DNA of 34,786 nt from a virus. The translations under genes were made by a program, and so were the position numbers. Numbering within the stretch: position 1 is the stretch's first letter; every line of letters begins with the position of its first letter. Shown piece by piece: positions 7,387-14,921 of this stretch. The notes under the pieces are model-generated. The model was not told the origin of the DNA, did not search any database, and was given only the letters and a program-made list of their open reading frames with translations. The stretch lies in the IMG/VR virus record IMGVR_UViG_3300045988_092324, positions 1 through 34,786 of that record, one strand, 5' to 3'.

Positions 7387-7497
7387 ATGAACGAGAACTA
7401 CATCGACATCGAGCTGGGCGGCTGGAACATCCCCGAGGCCATCACGGTCGAGGCCGAGCCCGCCGAGGCCCGCGACTTTTCCGACTTCGAGCTGTAG
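7387..7497 (+). CDS. Small acidic protein (36 aa), not in ORF track
   Basis: RBS GGAGAG, ATG start, near-100% GC3. Sequence MNENYIDIELGGWNIPEAITVEAEPAEARDFSDFEL. Confidence 0.5.
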   Translation: MNENYIDIELGGWNIPEAITVEAEPAEARDFSDFEL

Positions 7498-7508
7498 GGG
7501 AGGGCGAC

Positions 7509-7802
7509 ATGAGCACCAGGAAGAACTACCCCGTCACCTTCGCGCCGAACGAGGACCTCGACGGCGCCATGTGCGAGACGACGGAGTCGGTGGTGAACCG
7601 CATCTGCCACCTGTTCGGCTTCGCTGACTGGGCCGTGAGCATGGTCGAGGGCGACCTCGACAGCGCCGAGATCGCCGGCACGCGCTACTACGCGTACACC
7701 TCCGTGCGCTTCACCGCCAACGGCATCGGCTGGTCGACGGACTTCGAGGACCTGGTCCGCGACGAGGCGCTCGACGAGCAGCCCGCCGGCTCCGAACGCT
7801 AG
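7509..7802 (+). CDS. Hypothetical early protein (97 aa)
   Basis: RBS GGGGAGGG, high GC3, operon context. Confidence 0.7.
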   Translation: MSTRKNYPVTFAPNEDLDGAMCETTESVVNRICHLFGFADWAVSMVEGDLDSAEIAGTRYYAYTSVRFTANGIGWSTDFEDLVRDEALDEQPAGSER

Positions 7803-7812
7803 GGAGGGCGTC

Positions 7813-8145
7813 ATGGGAGACGTGAAGATGCGCCGCGAGAACATCAGGTACGAGGCGCGCGGGAAGTCCTTCGAGATCGAGTGCCCGAGCGGCTTCTCGG
7901 GCATCGAGGCCATCGTCTGCTGGTGCGACGCCGGCGGCGGCTGGCACCGCGAGGCCTTCGAGTCGTTCCTCGACGCCCGCGGGCGACTGGACGGGCTGCT
8001 GCGCGGCGAGGCGGTCATGGCCTACGTCCAGCGCACGGTCTGCATGAACACCGCCGACGCCATCGACCCCGGCATCCAGCCGGTTGAGGTCGGCCTCGCC
8101 GCGGGCGAGTGGGTCATGTATCAGCTGCAGAAGGGGCGTGAGTAG
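7813..8145 (+). CDS. Hypothetical early protein (110 aa)
   Basis: RBS GGGAGGG, high GC3, operon context. Confidence 0.7.
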   Translation: MGDVKMRRENIRYEARGKSFEIECPSGFSGIEAIVCWCDAGGGWHREAFESFLDARGRLDGLLRGEAVMAYVQRTVCMNTADAIDPGIQPVEVGLAAGEWVMYQLQKGRE

Positions 8146-8147
8146 CG

Positions 8148-8360
8148 ATGTTGAACCTTATCCATGCGGCCGTCCGGGTCTTCCTCGACGTTCTCGCGGT
8201 CGCGTTCGTGCTAGAGCACACCCGCGAGCTTCATGAGAAACATCGCGAGATCAACGACGCGCCCAAGCAGGTCGCAGGCGTCGTTGATGAACCCGGCGAG
8301 GACGATCGCGGCGCTGATGCGAGGGTGCCGCTCGACCCAGTCGACGAGCCGCACGAGTAG
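8148..8360 (+). CDS. Hypothetical protein (70 aa); strand assignment ambiguous
   Basis: Starts 2 nt after the previous stop codon. The codon-aligned antisense ORF 8211-8447 is equally open and composition cannot discriminate between them. Confidence 0.35.
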   Translation: MLNLIHAAVRVFLDVLAVAFVLEHTRELHEKHREINDAPKQVAGVVDEPGEDDRGADARVPLDPVDEPHE

Positions 8361-8584
8361 GGGGGCCGCTGGTCGGACGTGCTTCGGGCGATATGTCTGC
8401 TGTCTACGAATCATGGCCCGAAGCCTAACGCGTGTGTAACGCGTCAACGCGGGTATTGCCGCTCAGGCAACCCGCAGGCCCCATCACCGGGGCGGCACCG
8501 TTGCCCCGCGGCTCTCCAATAACCATCCGCGGGGACGTTCCCTACCGGTGCCGTGCCGGGGGCGGGGCCCCGAAAGCAAGCAAC

Positions 8585-8624
8585 AAAAAAGGAGCCGCCC
8601 GGTGTGGAAAGCGGGGACGGCTCC
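8585..8624 (-). terminator. Minus-strand intrinsic terminator with no minus-strand gene upstream
   Basis: On the minus strand: GGAGCCGTCCCCGC...GGGCGGCTCC hairpin (about 10 bp with one bulge) followed by TTTTTT. Confidence 0.55.
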
Positions 8625-8645
8625 CTGACCTGAAAGGAGGTCACT
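8585..8645 (-). ncRNA. Candidate ~60-nt cis-antisense RNA covering the RBS/start of the 8647 gene
   Basis: Minus-strand extended -10 TGCTAGAAT (reverse complement of 8651-8659), then anti-RBS CCTCCTTT, then the terminator above. Confidence 0.3.
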
Positions 8646-8646
8646 C

Positions 8647-8895
8647 ATGGATTCTAGCAGAGCCAAAACGTTCCAGCAGATGGCCGACGAGCTTGGCATC
8701 AGGCACAAGCTGATGTACACGCTGCGCGAGGCGTCGAGGGTGACGGGGGTGCCCTACGACACGCTGCGCATCGAGTGCAAGGCGGGCCGCCTGCGCTCGC
8801 AGCTGCCCGAGGGGCGCAAGGTGGGGCGCATGGTGCGCCCGGAATGGGTGGAGCAGTGGATCGAGGAGGGAACGCATGGCATCGAGGCTGCTTAG
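8647..8895 (+). CDS. Excisionase-family (MerR-like) HTH DNA-binding protein
   Basis: RBS AAAGGAGG. YTLREASRVTGVPYDTLRIECKAGRL...VRPEWVEQWI resembles the excisionase-family HTH domain. Confidence 0.65.
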   Translation: MDSSRAKTFQQMADELGIRHKLMYTLREASRVTGVPYDTLRIECKAGRLRSQLPEGRKVGRMVRPEWVEQWIEEGTHGIEAA

Positions 8896-9016
8896 GTGCG
8901 CTGCGTACATCGCGCTCCTGTTCGCGGTGTACGCGCTCATGCCTTACGTCCTGCGGGCGATGCTGCTCGCGGCGGACGGTGTCCGCGTCGTGCTCGGGAT
9001 GGGGTCGGTACTGTGA
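8876..9016 (+). CDS. Small membrane protein (46 aa), not in ORF track
   Basis: RBS GAGGAGGG 5 nt upstream of ATG, very high GC3, hydrophobic MASRLLRCAAYIALLFAVYALMPYVLRAMLLAADGVRVVLGMGSVL. Its stop overlaps the RusA GTG (GTGA). Confidence 0.5.
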   Translation: MASRLLRCAAYIALLFAVYALMPYVLRAMLLAADGVRVVLGMGSVL

Positions 9017-9471
9017 TCGGCAGGCGATTCGCGTTCACCGTCCCGTTCGTGGCGGGCAAGCAGCGCCACAGGCTCGACCGACGCCACGCGCGGATGTACA
9101 CGCCTAACGAGACCATCCGCAACGAGGCCGCCATCCGCGACGCGGCGCTCAAGGCCATGCGGGAGGCGTACCCGGGTCTCAAGGGGATGCTGTTCCCGTT
9201 CAGGGTCCCCGTCGCGGTACGCATCGACGCGTACGGCCCGCTGCCGGAGTCGAGGCCGAAGCGCGTCACGTCGGAGCCTTACACGTTCAAGCCGGACGCG
9301 GACAACATAGCCAAGCTGGTGCTGGACGGGATGAACGGGGCGGTCTGGGGTGACGACAGCCAGGTGGTCGAGCTCCATGTCGTCAAGTGGCCCCGAATGC
9401 GCGGCATCGAACCGCACATGGACATACAGGTATATCGCGGCTGGGCAGACCCAGCCGAGGAGAAAAAGTAG
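9013..9471 (+). CDS. rusA: RusA-family Holliday junction resolvase
   Basis: KPDADNIAKLVLDGMNGAVWGDDSQVVELHVVK motif. GTG start chosen because the upstream part of track ORF 8896-9471 is Arg-rich noise. Confidence 0.8.
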   Translation: MIGRRFAFTVPFVAGKQRHRLDRRHARMYTPNETIRNEAAIRDAALKAMREAYPGLKGMLFPFRVPVAVRIDAYGPLPESRPKRVTSEPYTFKPDADNIAKLVLDGMNGAVWGDDSQVVELHVVKWPRMRGIEPHMDIQVYRGWADPAEEKK

Positions 9472-9487
9472 AAACGGAGACATAGAA

Positions 9488-9784
9488 ATGAAACGCAAGG
9501 CACTCAAGGAACTCATGAGGCAGGCCGTGGGCAACGTCCTCATCAACACGGAGCTCAACGCCGAGGCGTTCAAGAAGGATATCGACCCCGCAGTGCTCCG
9601 CGGCGTCGCCTACGGTATGGCGGTCGCGCCCGTGATGATGGACGAGGAGCCCATCGAGTTCGACCGCGAGTTCCTTGCCGTCATCATCGCGTATGCCAAG
9701 AAGTGCGATGACGTCTACGCCGAGAGCGGCGCCGTCGCCACGATCTCCAAGCTCTACGGATGCGAGGTGAGAGTCGATGAGTAA
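9488..9784 (+). CDS. Hypothetical protein (98 aa)
   Basis: Internal ATG with RBS ACGGAGA. The upstream part of the track ORF overlaps rusA. Confidence 0.7.
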   Translation: MKRKALKELMRQAVGNVLINTELNAEAFKKDIDPAVLRGVAYGMAVAPVMMDEEPIEFDREFLAVIIAYAKKCDDVYAESGAVATISKLYGCEVRVDE

Positions 9785-10694
9785 CGGGATCATCGAGTAC
9801 AAGGACGACGCGGGCATGCCCGTGAAGTTCACCTCGCAGGACATCCGCGAGCGCCTGTGCCCGAACGCGACCGAAAGCGAGCTGGCGCTGTGCGTGGAGC
9901 TTTGCAACCGCCAGCACCTGAACCCGTTCACCAAGGAGGTGTACCTGGTCAAGTACGGCAGCGCCCCGGCGAGCATCATCACTTCCTACCAGGTGTTCAA
10001 CCGCCGCGCGAACCGCCAGCCCAACTACGGCGGCATCGAGAGCGGCGTCGTGGTGCTCCGCGACGGCGAGGTCGTCAAGAAGAAGGGCTCCGCAGTCTAC
10101 AAGATGATCGGGGAGCAGCTCATCGGCGGCTGGGCAGAGGTCGCGTTCACCGACGGCAAGAAGCCCGCATACGTCGAGCTGGCGCTCACCGACTACAGCA
10201 CCGGCAAGAGCAACTGGGCGAAGATGCCGGGCGTCATGATCGAGAAGTGCGCCAAGGCCGGCGCGTGGCGCCTGGCCTACCCCGACGAGTTCGGCGGGAT
10301 GTACACGGGCGAGGAGATGGACCAGAAGGTCGAACGCGACATGCACGCCGGCACTCAGGCCGTCGAGGCCGAGAGCGTCGAGCCCGTGGCCGACCTGCAG
10401 CCCGTGCGCGAGCTGTTCAAGCCGTTCATGGCGGCGACTGGGCTCGACAGCGCCGGGGCCATGGCTGCCATCTGCGCCGCCGTGGGCTGCACGTCGGGCT
10501 CCATGCACGACATGACGCTCATGCAGGCGCGCCGCGCGGCCTCGTGGATGGAGGAGGAGATCGCGGCCCGCAAGGCGCAACCCGAGCCCGCCGTCCCCGA
10601 ACCGGAGCCCGCGCCCGCCTATGAGCCCGCGCCCGCCTATGAGCCCGCGCCCGCCGAGTACGCGACCGACGACGACCTTCTGGGAGGCTTCTGA
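9777..10694 (+). CDS. recT: RecT/Bet-family single-strand annealing recombinase
   Basis: LNPFTKEVYLVKYG..., SNWAKMPGVMIEKCAKAGAWRLAYPDEF. Pro/Ala-rich repetitive C-terminus. Confidence 0.85.
   Translation: MSNGIIEYKDDAGMPVKFTSQDIRERLCPNATESELALCVELCNRQHLNPFTKEVYLVKYGSAPASIITSYQVFNRRANRQPNYGGIESGVVVLRDGEVVKKKGSAVYKMIGEQLIGGWAEVAFTDGKKPAYVELALTDYSTGKSNWAKMPGVMIEKCAKAGAWRLAYPDEFGGMYTGEEMDQKVERDMHAGTQAVEAESVEPVADLQPVRELFKPFMAATGLDSAGAMAAICAAVGCTSGSMHDMTLMQARRAASWMEEEIAARKAQPEPAVPEPEPAPAYEPAPAYEPAPAEYATDDDLLGGF
10605..10655 (+). repeat. 18-bp tandem repeat (2.8 copies) encoding EPAPAY repeats in the RecT tail
   Basis: GAGCCCGCGCCCGCCTAT at 10605-10622 and 10623-10640, plus a partial third copy. 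Confidence 0.9.
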
Positions 10695-11680
10695 TGGCAG
10701 ACGAGGTTTTGGCGGTCGAGGCCGTGCCGCTCGAGGAGGACTTCGACACGCTGGTGGCGTCTCTCGCCATCGACGACACGCTCGAGGACAAGCTGGCACA
10801 GCTCAAGAAGGAAGTCGACGAGAAGCTGGCGGACTACGTGGACGTCAAGCGCATCGAGAAGGACGAGGACTTCAAGGCGGCGAAGAAGTACCGCGCGGCG
10901 GTCAACGACGTGAAGAAGCCCATCGAGGCGCAGCGCAAGGCCGCGAAGAAGAAGTACAGCGACCTGCTCAAGACGTTCGACAAGACCATCGGCGAGATCA
11001 CGGCGCCGATCGACAGGCTCTCCGATGAGTACAAGGCCGAGATCGACCGCTACGACGGAGAGTGCAGGGCCCGGCGCCTCGCCGCGCTCGAGGGCCACTA
11101 CTACGACCTCGCGGGCGAGATGGGGCCGCTGGTGCCATACGAGCGCATCGCCGACGACAGGTGGCTCAACGCGAGCTTCGGCGAGGTCAAGGCCAAGAAC
11201 ATCATCGAGCGCCGGGTGGGCGAGCTGCTGCACCAGTTCAAGTTCGTCAACGGCCTCGACTACGCGGACGAGGACGAGAGGGCGTGGGCCGTCGCGTGGT
11301 GGGCGAGGACGCTGCCGGCGGACTCGGGCGAGGTGGCGGCGGCTGTCGCCGCGCACCGCGAGGAGGTCGCCAAGGCCGCCGCGCTCGCGGCGACCTACGA
11401 GCAGGCGATGGCGCCCGCACCGGAGCCCGAGTCGGAGCCCGCGCCGCTGCCGCCCGAGCCCGCGCCGGTGCCCGCCGAGGAACCTGAGCCGCCCCTGGGC
11501 GTGCCGAGGTGCGTGCGGGTGGTGCCGTCGCGCCCCGAGCCGGATGTGGCCGAGGATGCGGCCCCGGCACCGCAGAGGGGCTACCGCGTGGTCATCGAGT
11601 GCGCCACGGCGGACGAGCTGCGCCGCGTGAGGGCCGTCATGGTCGAGAACGGCATCCACGGATACGTCGAGAGGATGTAG
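10694..11680 (+). CDS. DUF1351-like phage protein (commonly found adjacent to RecT)
   Basis: Charged coiled-coil N-terminal half and synteny next to RecT. The family assignment is from memory. Confidence 0.55.
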   Translation: MADEVLAVEAVPLEEDFDTLVASLAIDDTLEDKLAQLKKEVDEKLADYVDVKRIEKDEDFKAAKKYRAAVNDVKKPIEAQRKAAKKKYSDLLKTFDKTIGEITAPIDRLSDEYKAEIDRYDGECRARRLAALEGHYYDLAGEMGPLVPYERIADDRWLNASFGEVKAKNIIERRVGELLHQFKFVNGLDYADEDERAWAVAWWARTLPADSGEVAAAVAAHREEVAKAAALAATYEQAMAPAPEPESEPAPLPPEPAPVPAEEPEPPLGVPRCVRVVPSRPEPDVAEDAAPAPQRGYRVVIECATADELRRVRAVMVENGIHGYVERM

Positions 11681-11683
11681 GAC

Positions 11684-12025
11684 ATGGAGGAGAAAAACCT
11701 GCCGCCGCTCCGAACGCCGGAGCAGCGCAAGGAGGCGATGGCGAAGGCCATCCACACGCGCCGCGAGCGCGCCGCGTTCAAGGCGGCGTGCAAGGCGGGG
11801 AACATCCCGCCCGAGGTCGCCATCGAGGCTCCCATCGCGGCAAGGCTCAAGGTCGACGAGTTCGCCCGCTCGTTCCCGGGCATCGGCCCGGTCACGGCGC
11901 AGAAGATCGTCGAGGTGTGCCACATCCGCGACGGCCGCCGCGTGAGCGGCCTGGGCTACATGCAGGGGCCGCGCCTCGTCGATGCCATCAAGGGCTGCAT
12001 GACCGCAAAGGAGGACGGGCAGTGA
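11684..12025 (+). CDS. Actinobacterial integration host factor (mIHF)-like protein
   Basis: LRTPEQRKEAMAKAIHTRRERAAFK...LKVDEFARSFPGIGPVTAQKI...RRVSGLG parallels the mycobacterial mIHF layout. Confidence 0.6.
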   Translation: MEEKNLPPLRTPEQRKEAMAKAIHTRRERAAFKAACKAGNIPPEVAIEAPIAARLKVDEFARSFPGIGPVTAQKIVEVCHIRDGRRVSGLGYMQGPRLVDAIKGCMTAKEDGQ

Positions 12026-12471
12026 GCATCAATCGAGTGAACATCACCGGCAACCTCACTCGCGACCCGGAGCTGCGCGCCACCGCGGGCGGGACGCAGG
12101 TCCTGTCCTTCGGCGTCGCCGTGAACGACCGCCGACGCAACGCGCAGACGGGCGAGTGGGAGGACTATCCCAACTTCGTCGACTGCACCATGTTCGGCAA
12201 CCGCGCCGAGGCCGTGGGCCGTTTCCTTGCCAAGGGGATGAAGGTCGCCATCGAGGGCAAGCTGCGCTACAGCTCCTGGGATAAGGATGGCCAGAAGCGC
12301 TCGAAGCTCGAGGTGATCGTCGACGAGCTCGATGTCATGGTGCGCCGCGAGGGGCAGGCGCAGGCCCAGCCGCAGCAGAGCCTCGCGGACACGGTGCCCG
12401 TGCAGCCACAGGCGCAGGCCTACGCCGCGGCCCCGCAGCCCGAGTTCTACGACGAGGACGTGCCGTTCTGA
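12022..12471 (+). CDS. ssb: Single-stranded DNA-binding protein
   Basis: GTG start with AGGAGG RBS. OB-fold motif NRVNITGNLTRDPELR. Q/P-rich linker and acidic tip DEDVPF. Confidence 0.9.
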   Translation: MSINRVNITGNLTRDPELRATAGGTQVLSFGVAVNDRRRNAQTGEWEDYPNFVDCTMFGNRAEAVGRFLAKGMKVAIEGKLRYSSWDKDGQKRSKLEVIVDELDVMVRREGQAQAQPQQSLADTVPVQPQAQAYAAAPQPEFYDEDVPF

Positions 12472-12581
12472 TGAGGCGCGTACCCGACACCATCCGCGAC
12501 CACTGGGAGGCGGCCCTGTTCGCCGCCTCCTTCGCCGCGGGGTTCCTGTTCTTCTCTTCGCTTCTATGGGGGTGGTTCTGA
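12471..12581 (+). CDS. Small membrane protein (36 aa), not in ORF track
   Basis: ATG overlaps the ssb stop and its own stop overlaps the next ATG (TGATG at both ends). High GC3, hydrophobic C-terminal half. Confidence 0.5.
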   Translation: MRRVPDTIRDHWEAALFAASFAAGFLFFSSLLWGWF

Positions 12582-13405
12582 TGGCCAAGGACTTCACGGT
12601 TTTCGCCAACTCGATAGCCGAGCTTTACGACGATTACGACCCGAACGACCCCGAGGACATGAGGGAGCGCATGATGCTCGCGGACGCGGTGCTCATGTAC
12701 GGCCTCCACGGGGTCGAGATCGAGTTGCCCAAGAACGTCAAGAGGGCCTTCAAGGGACTCAAGAACGCCATCGACAACTCCAAGGAAAGGCGAGAGCAGG
12801 CCAAGAAAGGCGGCAGGCCCCGCAAGGCCAAGGCAGAGCCGGAGCCCGAACCCAAGCCTGAGCAAAAACCCGAAACCGAGGTTTCCGAAAGCGAAAACCC
12901 TAACCTAGCCTATCCTAGCCTAGCTTTACCTAGCCTAGCTTGTGTTGATGGTACGCGCAGCGGCGACGCCGACGGCTTCGCCCCGCCGACCCTTGACGAG
13001 TGCCGCGCGTACTTCGCCGCAAACTGCATCAGCGGCGACCCCGACAAGTTCTGGGCGCACTACGAGTCGCAGGGCTGGATCCGCTCGAACGGGATGCCCG
13101 TGACCTCGCTCAAGGCCGCGGCGATGCTGTGGAACGGCAACCAGAAGCGCCTCGACGCCGAGGCCCATGCCCGCGGCAAGCCGACCGATGCCGAGATTCA
13201 GGCCGCCACGTTCAAGCCGACGAGGACGCCCGAGCAGACGAGGGCCGAGCTCGAGCGCAGGTGGCGCGAGGAACATCCGGGCATCGACCCGGCGAAAGTG
13301 AAGGCCCCGAGGGGGACGACCGCCGACCCGGTGGCGCTCAGGGCGTACCAGGACGCGCGGAGGCTGCTGGCCGCCCGCGCCGCGTGCGAGAGGAGGGCGT
13401 CGTGA
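12581..13405 (+). CDS. Putative replication-organiser-like protein (function uncertain)
   Basis: Two domains joined by a K/E/P-rich linker. C-terminal FWAHYESQGWIRSNGMPVTSLKAAAMLW resembles motifs in phage replication-associated proteins (recall only). Contains iteron-like repeats. Confidence 0.4.
   Translation: MAKDFTVFANSIAELYDDYDPNDPEDMRERMMLADAVLMYGLHGVEIELPKNVKRAFKGLKNAIDNSKERREQAKKGGRPRKAKAEPEPEPKPEQKPETEVSESENPNLAYPSLALPSLACVDGTRSGDADGFAPPTLDECRAYFAANCISGDPDKFWAHYESQGWIRSNGMPVTSLKAAAMLWNGNQKRLDAEAHARGKPTDAEIQAATFKPTRTPEQTRAELERRWREEHPGIDPAKVKAPRGTTADPVALRAYQDARRLLAARAACERRAS
12904..12940. repeat. CTAG-rich iteron-like direct repeats (candidate origin element)
   Basis: CCTAGCCT (12904-12911), CCTAGCCTAGCT (12914-12925) and CCTAGCCTAGCT (12929-12940), with an A-rich tract just upstream. 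Confidence 0.5.
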
Positions 13406-13620
13406 ACCTCGAGAGGGACGGGGCGCCGGACATCCCCGACGGCGCCGTGAGGTGCTGCGAGACGTGCGACCGCTGGGTGCCGGGCGACGGGTGCGGCATC
13501 TGCGCCCACCGGGCCGAGTCGGCCGTGCTGCCGCGCGGCGTGGACCTCGACGCGATGGCCGCGAGCATCACGCAGGGCGACCACTCCTGCGGGAGGTGGG
13601 AGCCGTGGCGCGGGCTGTGA
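13402..13620 (+). CDS. Small Cys-rich protein (CxxC...C...CxxWE type)
   Basis: GTGA overlap with the previous stop, RBS GAGAGGAGGG. Confidence 0.65.
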   Translation: MNLERDGAPDIPDGAVRCCETCDRWVPGDGCGICAHRAESAVLPRGVDLDAMAASITQGDHSCGRWEPWRGL

Positions 13621-14003
13621 GGCCGTGCGAGGGACAGGCCGCGCTCGACCTGTTCGGGCCGCCGCGCAGGCGCCCCATCGACGAGGACCTGCGCTGGCTC
13701 GTGAGGGTCTGGGGCTGCCGCGAGGAGGACGTCATGCCGCACCTCAGGCGCCTCTACGCCGAGTTCGCGGCGTGGGACGCCGACGAGCGGGCGAAGGTGC
13801 TCGTCGACTTCTACTGGCCGCGCCACAAGCCCGCGTTCGACGGGCTGACGCCAGAGCAGGTCGGGATGTACGACCGGACCATCGACTACCACACGGCATG
13901 GGACCGCTGCTGGGCGATCAAGCGGGGCATGGACCCGCGCGAGGCGCTCAAAGTCGTGTCGTGGGACTACGGAAACGACAGGCCGTCCGAGACGGCGGCC
14001 TAG
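13617..14003 (+). CDS. Hypothetical protein (start uncertain)
   Basis: GTGA overlap start, high GC3. The upstream part of track ORF 13452-14003 overlaps the previous gene. Confidence 0.6.
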   Translation: MRPCEGQAALDLFGPPRRRPIDEDLRWLVRVWGCREEDVMPHLRRLYAEFAAWDADERAKVLVDFYWPRHKPAFDGLTPEQVGMYDRTIDYHTAWDRCWAIKRGMDPREALKVVSWDYGNDRPSETAA

Positions 14004-14016
14004 GAAGGAGGAGGCC

Positions 14017-14208
14017 ATGAGCTCGAGATACGGCAAATGGCCCGAGGAGGACCCGCGCCGCTGCGACGGGTGCAGGTTCGCGGAGCGCGTCGAGCGCGTG
14101 ATGGCGGCATCGGGCGACGTCCGCACCGTGTACCGCTGCGCAAGGCGCCCGGAGTTCGTGCACCGCACGCAGGCCGAGGCCCGCTGCAACTACTGGGAGG
14201 CGCGATGA
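14017..14208 (+). CDS. Small Cys-rich protein (CxxC...C...CxxWE type)
   Basis: RBS GGAAGGAGGAGG. Confidence 0.7.
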   Translation: MSSRYGKWPEEDPRRCDGCRFAERVERVMAASGDVRTVYRCARRPEFVHRTQAEARCNYWEAR

Positions 14209-14402
14209 GCGTAATCGACTGGAACATGGAGGCCCGGAACATCCTTAAGGCTGTGAGGGCCGTCGGGTACCTCGAGGGCATGAGCGCGACCCTGTGGCGG
14301 CTCGCCGGGCCGGAGATCGCCGACGAGGCGATAGTCGACTACGACAGGAGCGTGGCGGACGTCGCCGCGCTCCTGGGACTGGAGGCGAGGGACCATGACT
14401 GA
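14205..14402 (+). CDS. Hypothetical protein (65 aa)
   Basis: ATGA overlap start, RBS GGGAGG. Confidence 0.7.
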   Translation: MSVIDWNMEARNILKAVRAVGYLEGMSATLWRLAGPEIADEAIVDYDRSVADVAALLGLEARDHD

Positions 14403-14697
14403 CGGTTACCTGCTCAACCTGCGAACGTTCCGCGAGGTGAGGGACGACAAGGCACAGGCGCTCAAGCCGCTCGAGGAGGCGGCCGAGGTGTTCGGCGCGT
14501 GGCAGAACTGCGACGGCATACGCCAAAGCCAGATCATGACGGCGCGCCGGGCGTTCCGCGTGGACCTCATCGACGAATGTGTAGACACCGTGCAGGCGGT
14601 CGCCAACCTGCTGGCAGCCGTAGGCGCCACGCAGGGTGAGGTCGACGCCGCCATCAAGCGCATGGACGAGAGGAACTGTGGGAGAGGGCGTCTGTGA
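14395..14697 (+). CDS. MazG-like NTP pyrophosphohydrolase (putative)
   Basis: KPLEEAAEVFGA...LIDECVDTVQAVANLL...ERNCGRG resembles small all-alpha MazG-like phage proteins (recall only). Confidence 0.45.
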   Translation: MTDGYLLNLRTFREVRDDKAQALKPLEEAAEVFGAWQNCDGIRQSQIMTARRAFRVDLIDECVDTVQAVANLLAAVGATQGEVDAAIKRMDERNCGRGRL

Positions 14698-14921
14698 TGG
14701 AGACTTTGGAGCAGATCAAGGCTGATGCGGTCGAGGTGTTCTGCTACGACCGCGAGTGCAGGCCGCAGGACAGGGCGCACGCCGAGGCGGGAAGGGCGGA
14801 GGTCGCCGGCGCGAACCTCGTGCAGAACCTGCGCCGCCAGCTGACGAGCATCGAGGCGACCGTCGGGGATGCCATCGACCTGCTCGACGAGAGCACGGGG
14901 GCGGTGGAGTGCGATGAGTGA
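14694..14921 (+). CDS. Hypothetical protein (75 aa)
   Basis: Overlapping start, high GC3. Confidence 0.7.
   Translation: MMETLEQIKADAVEVFCYDRECRPQDRAHAEAGRAEVAGANLVQNLRRQLTSIEATVGDAIDLLDESTGAVECDE

Noticed and set aside
8211-8447. 78-aa minus-strand ORF as the real gene instead of 8148-8360 (+)
   Set aside because: Not firmly rejected. It is codon-aligned antisense to the + ORF, so composition cannot decide between them. I favoured + because of operon coupling (the start is 2 nt after the previous stop codon) and because the minus ORF needs a TTG start, or an ATG without an RBS. Confidence in either is low.
12904-12940. CRISPR-like or other repeat-spacer array
   Set aside because: Only two and a half very short (12-bp) adjacent repeats, lying inside a coding region. 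There is no spacer structure and there are no cas genes. Better explained as iterons.
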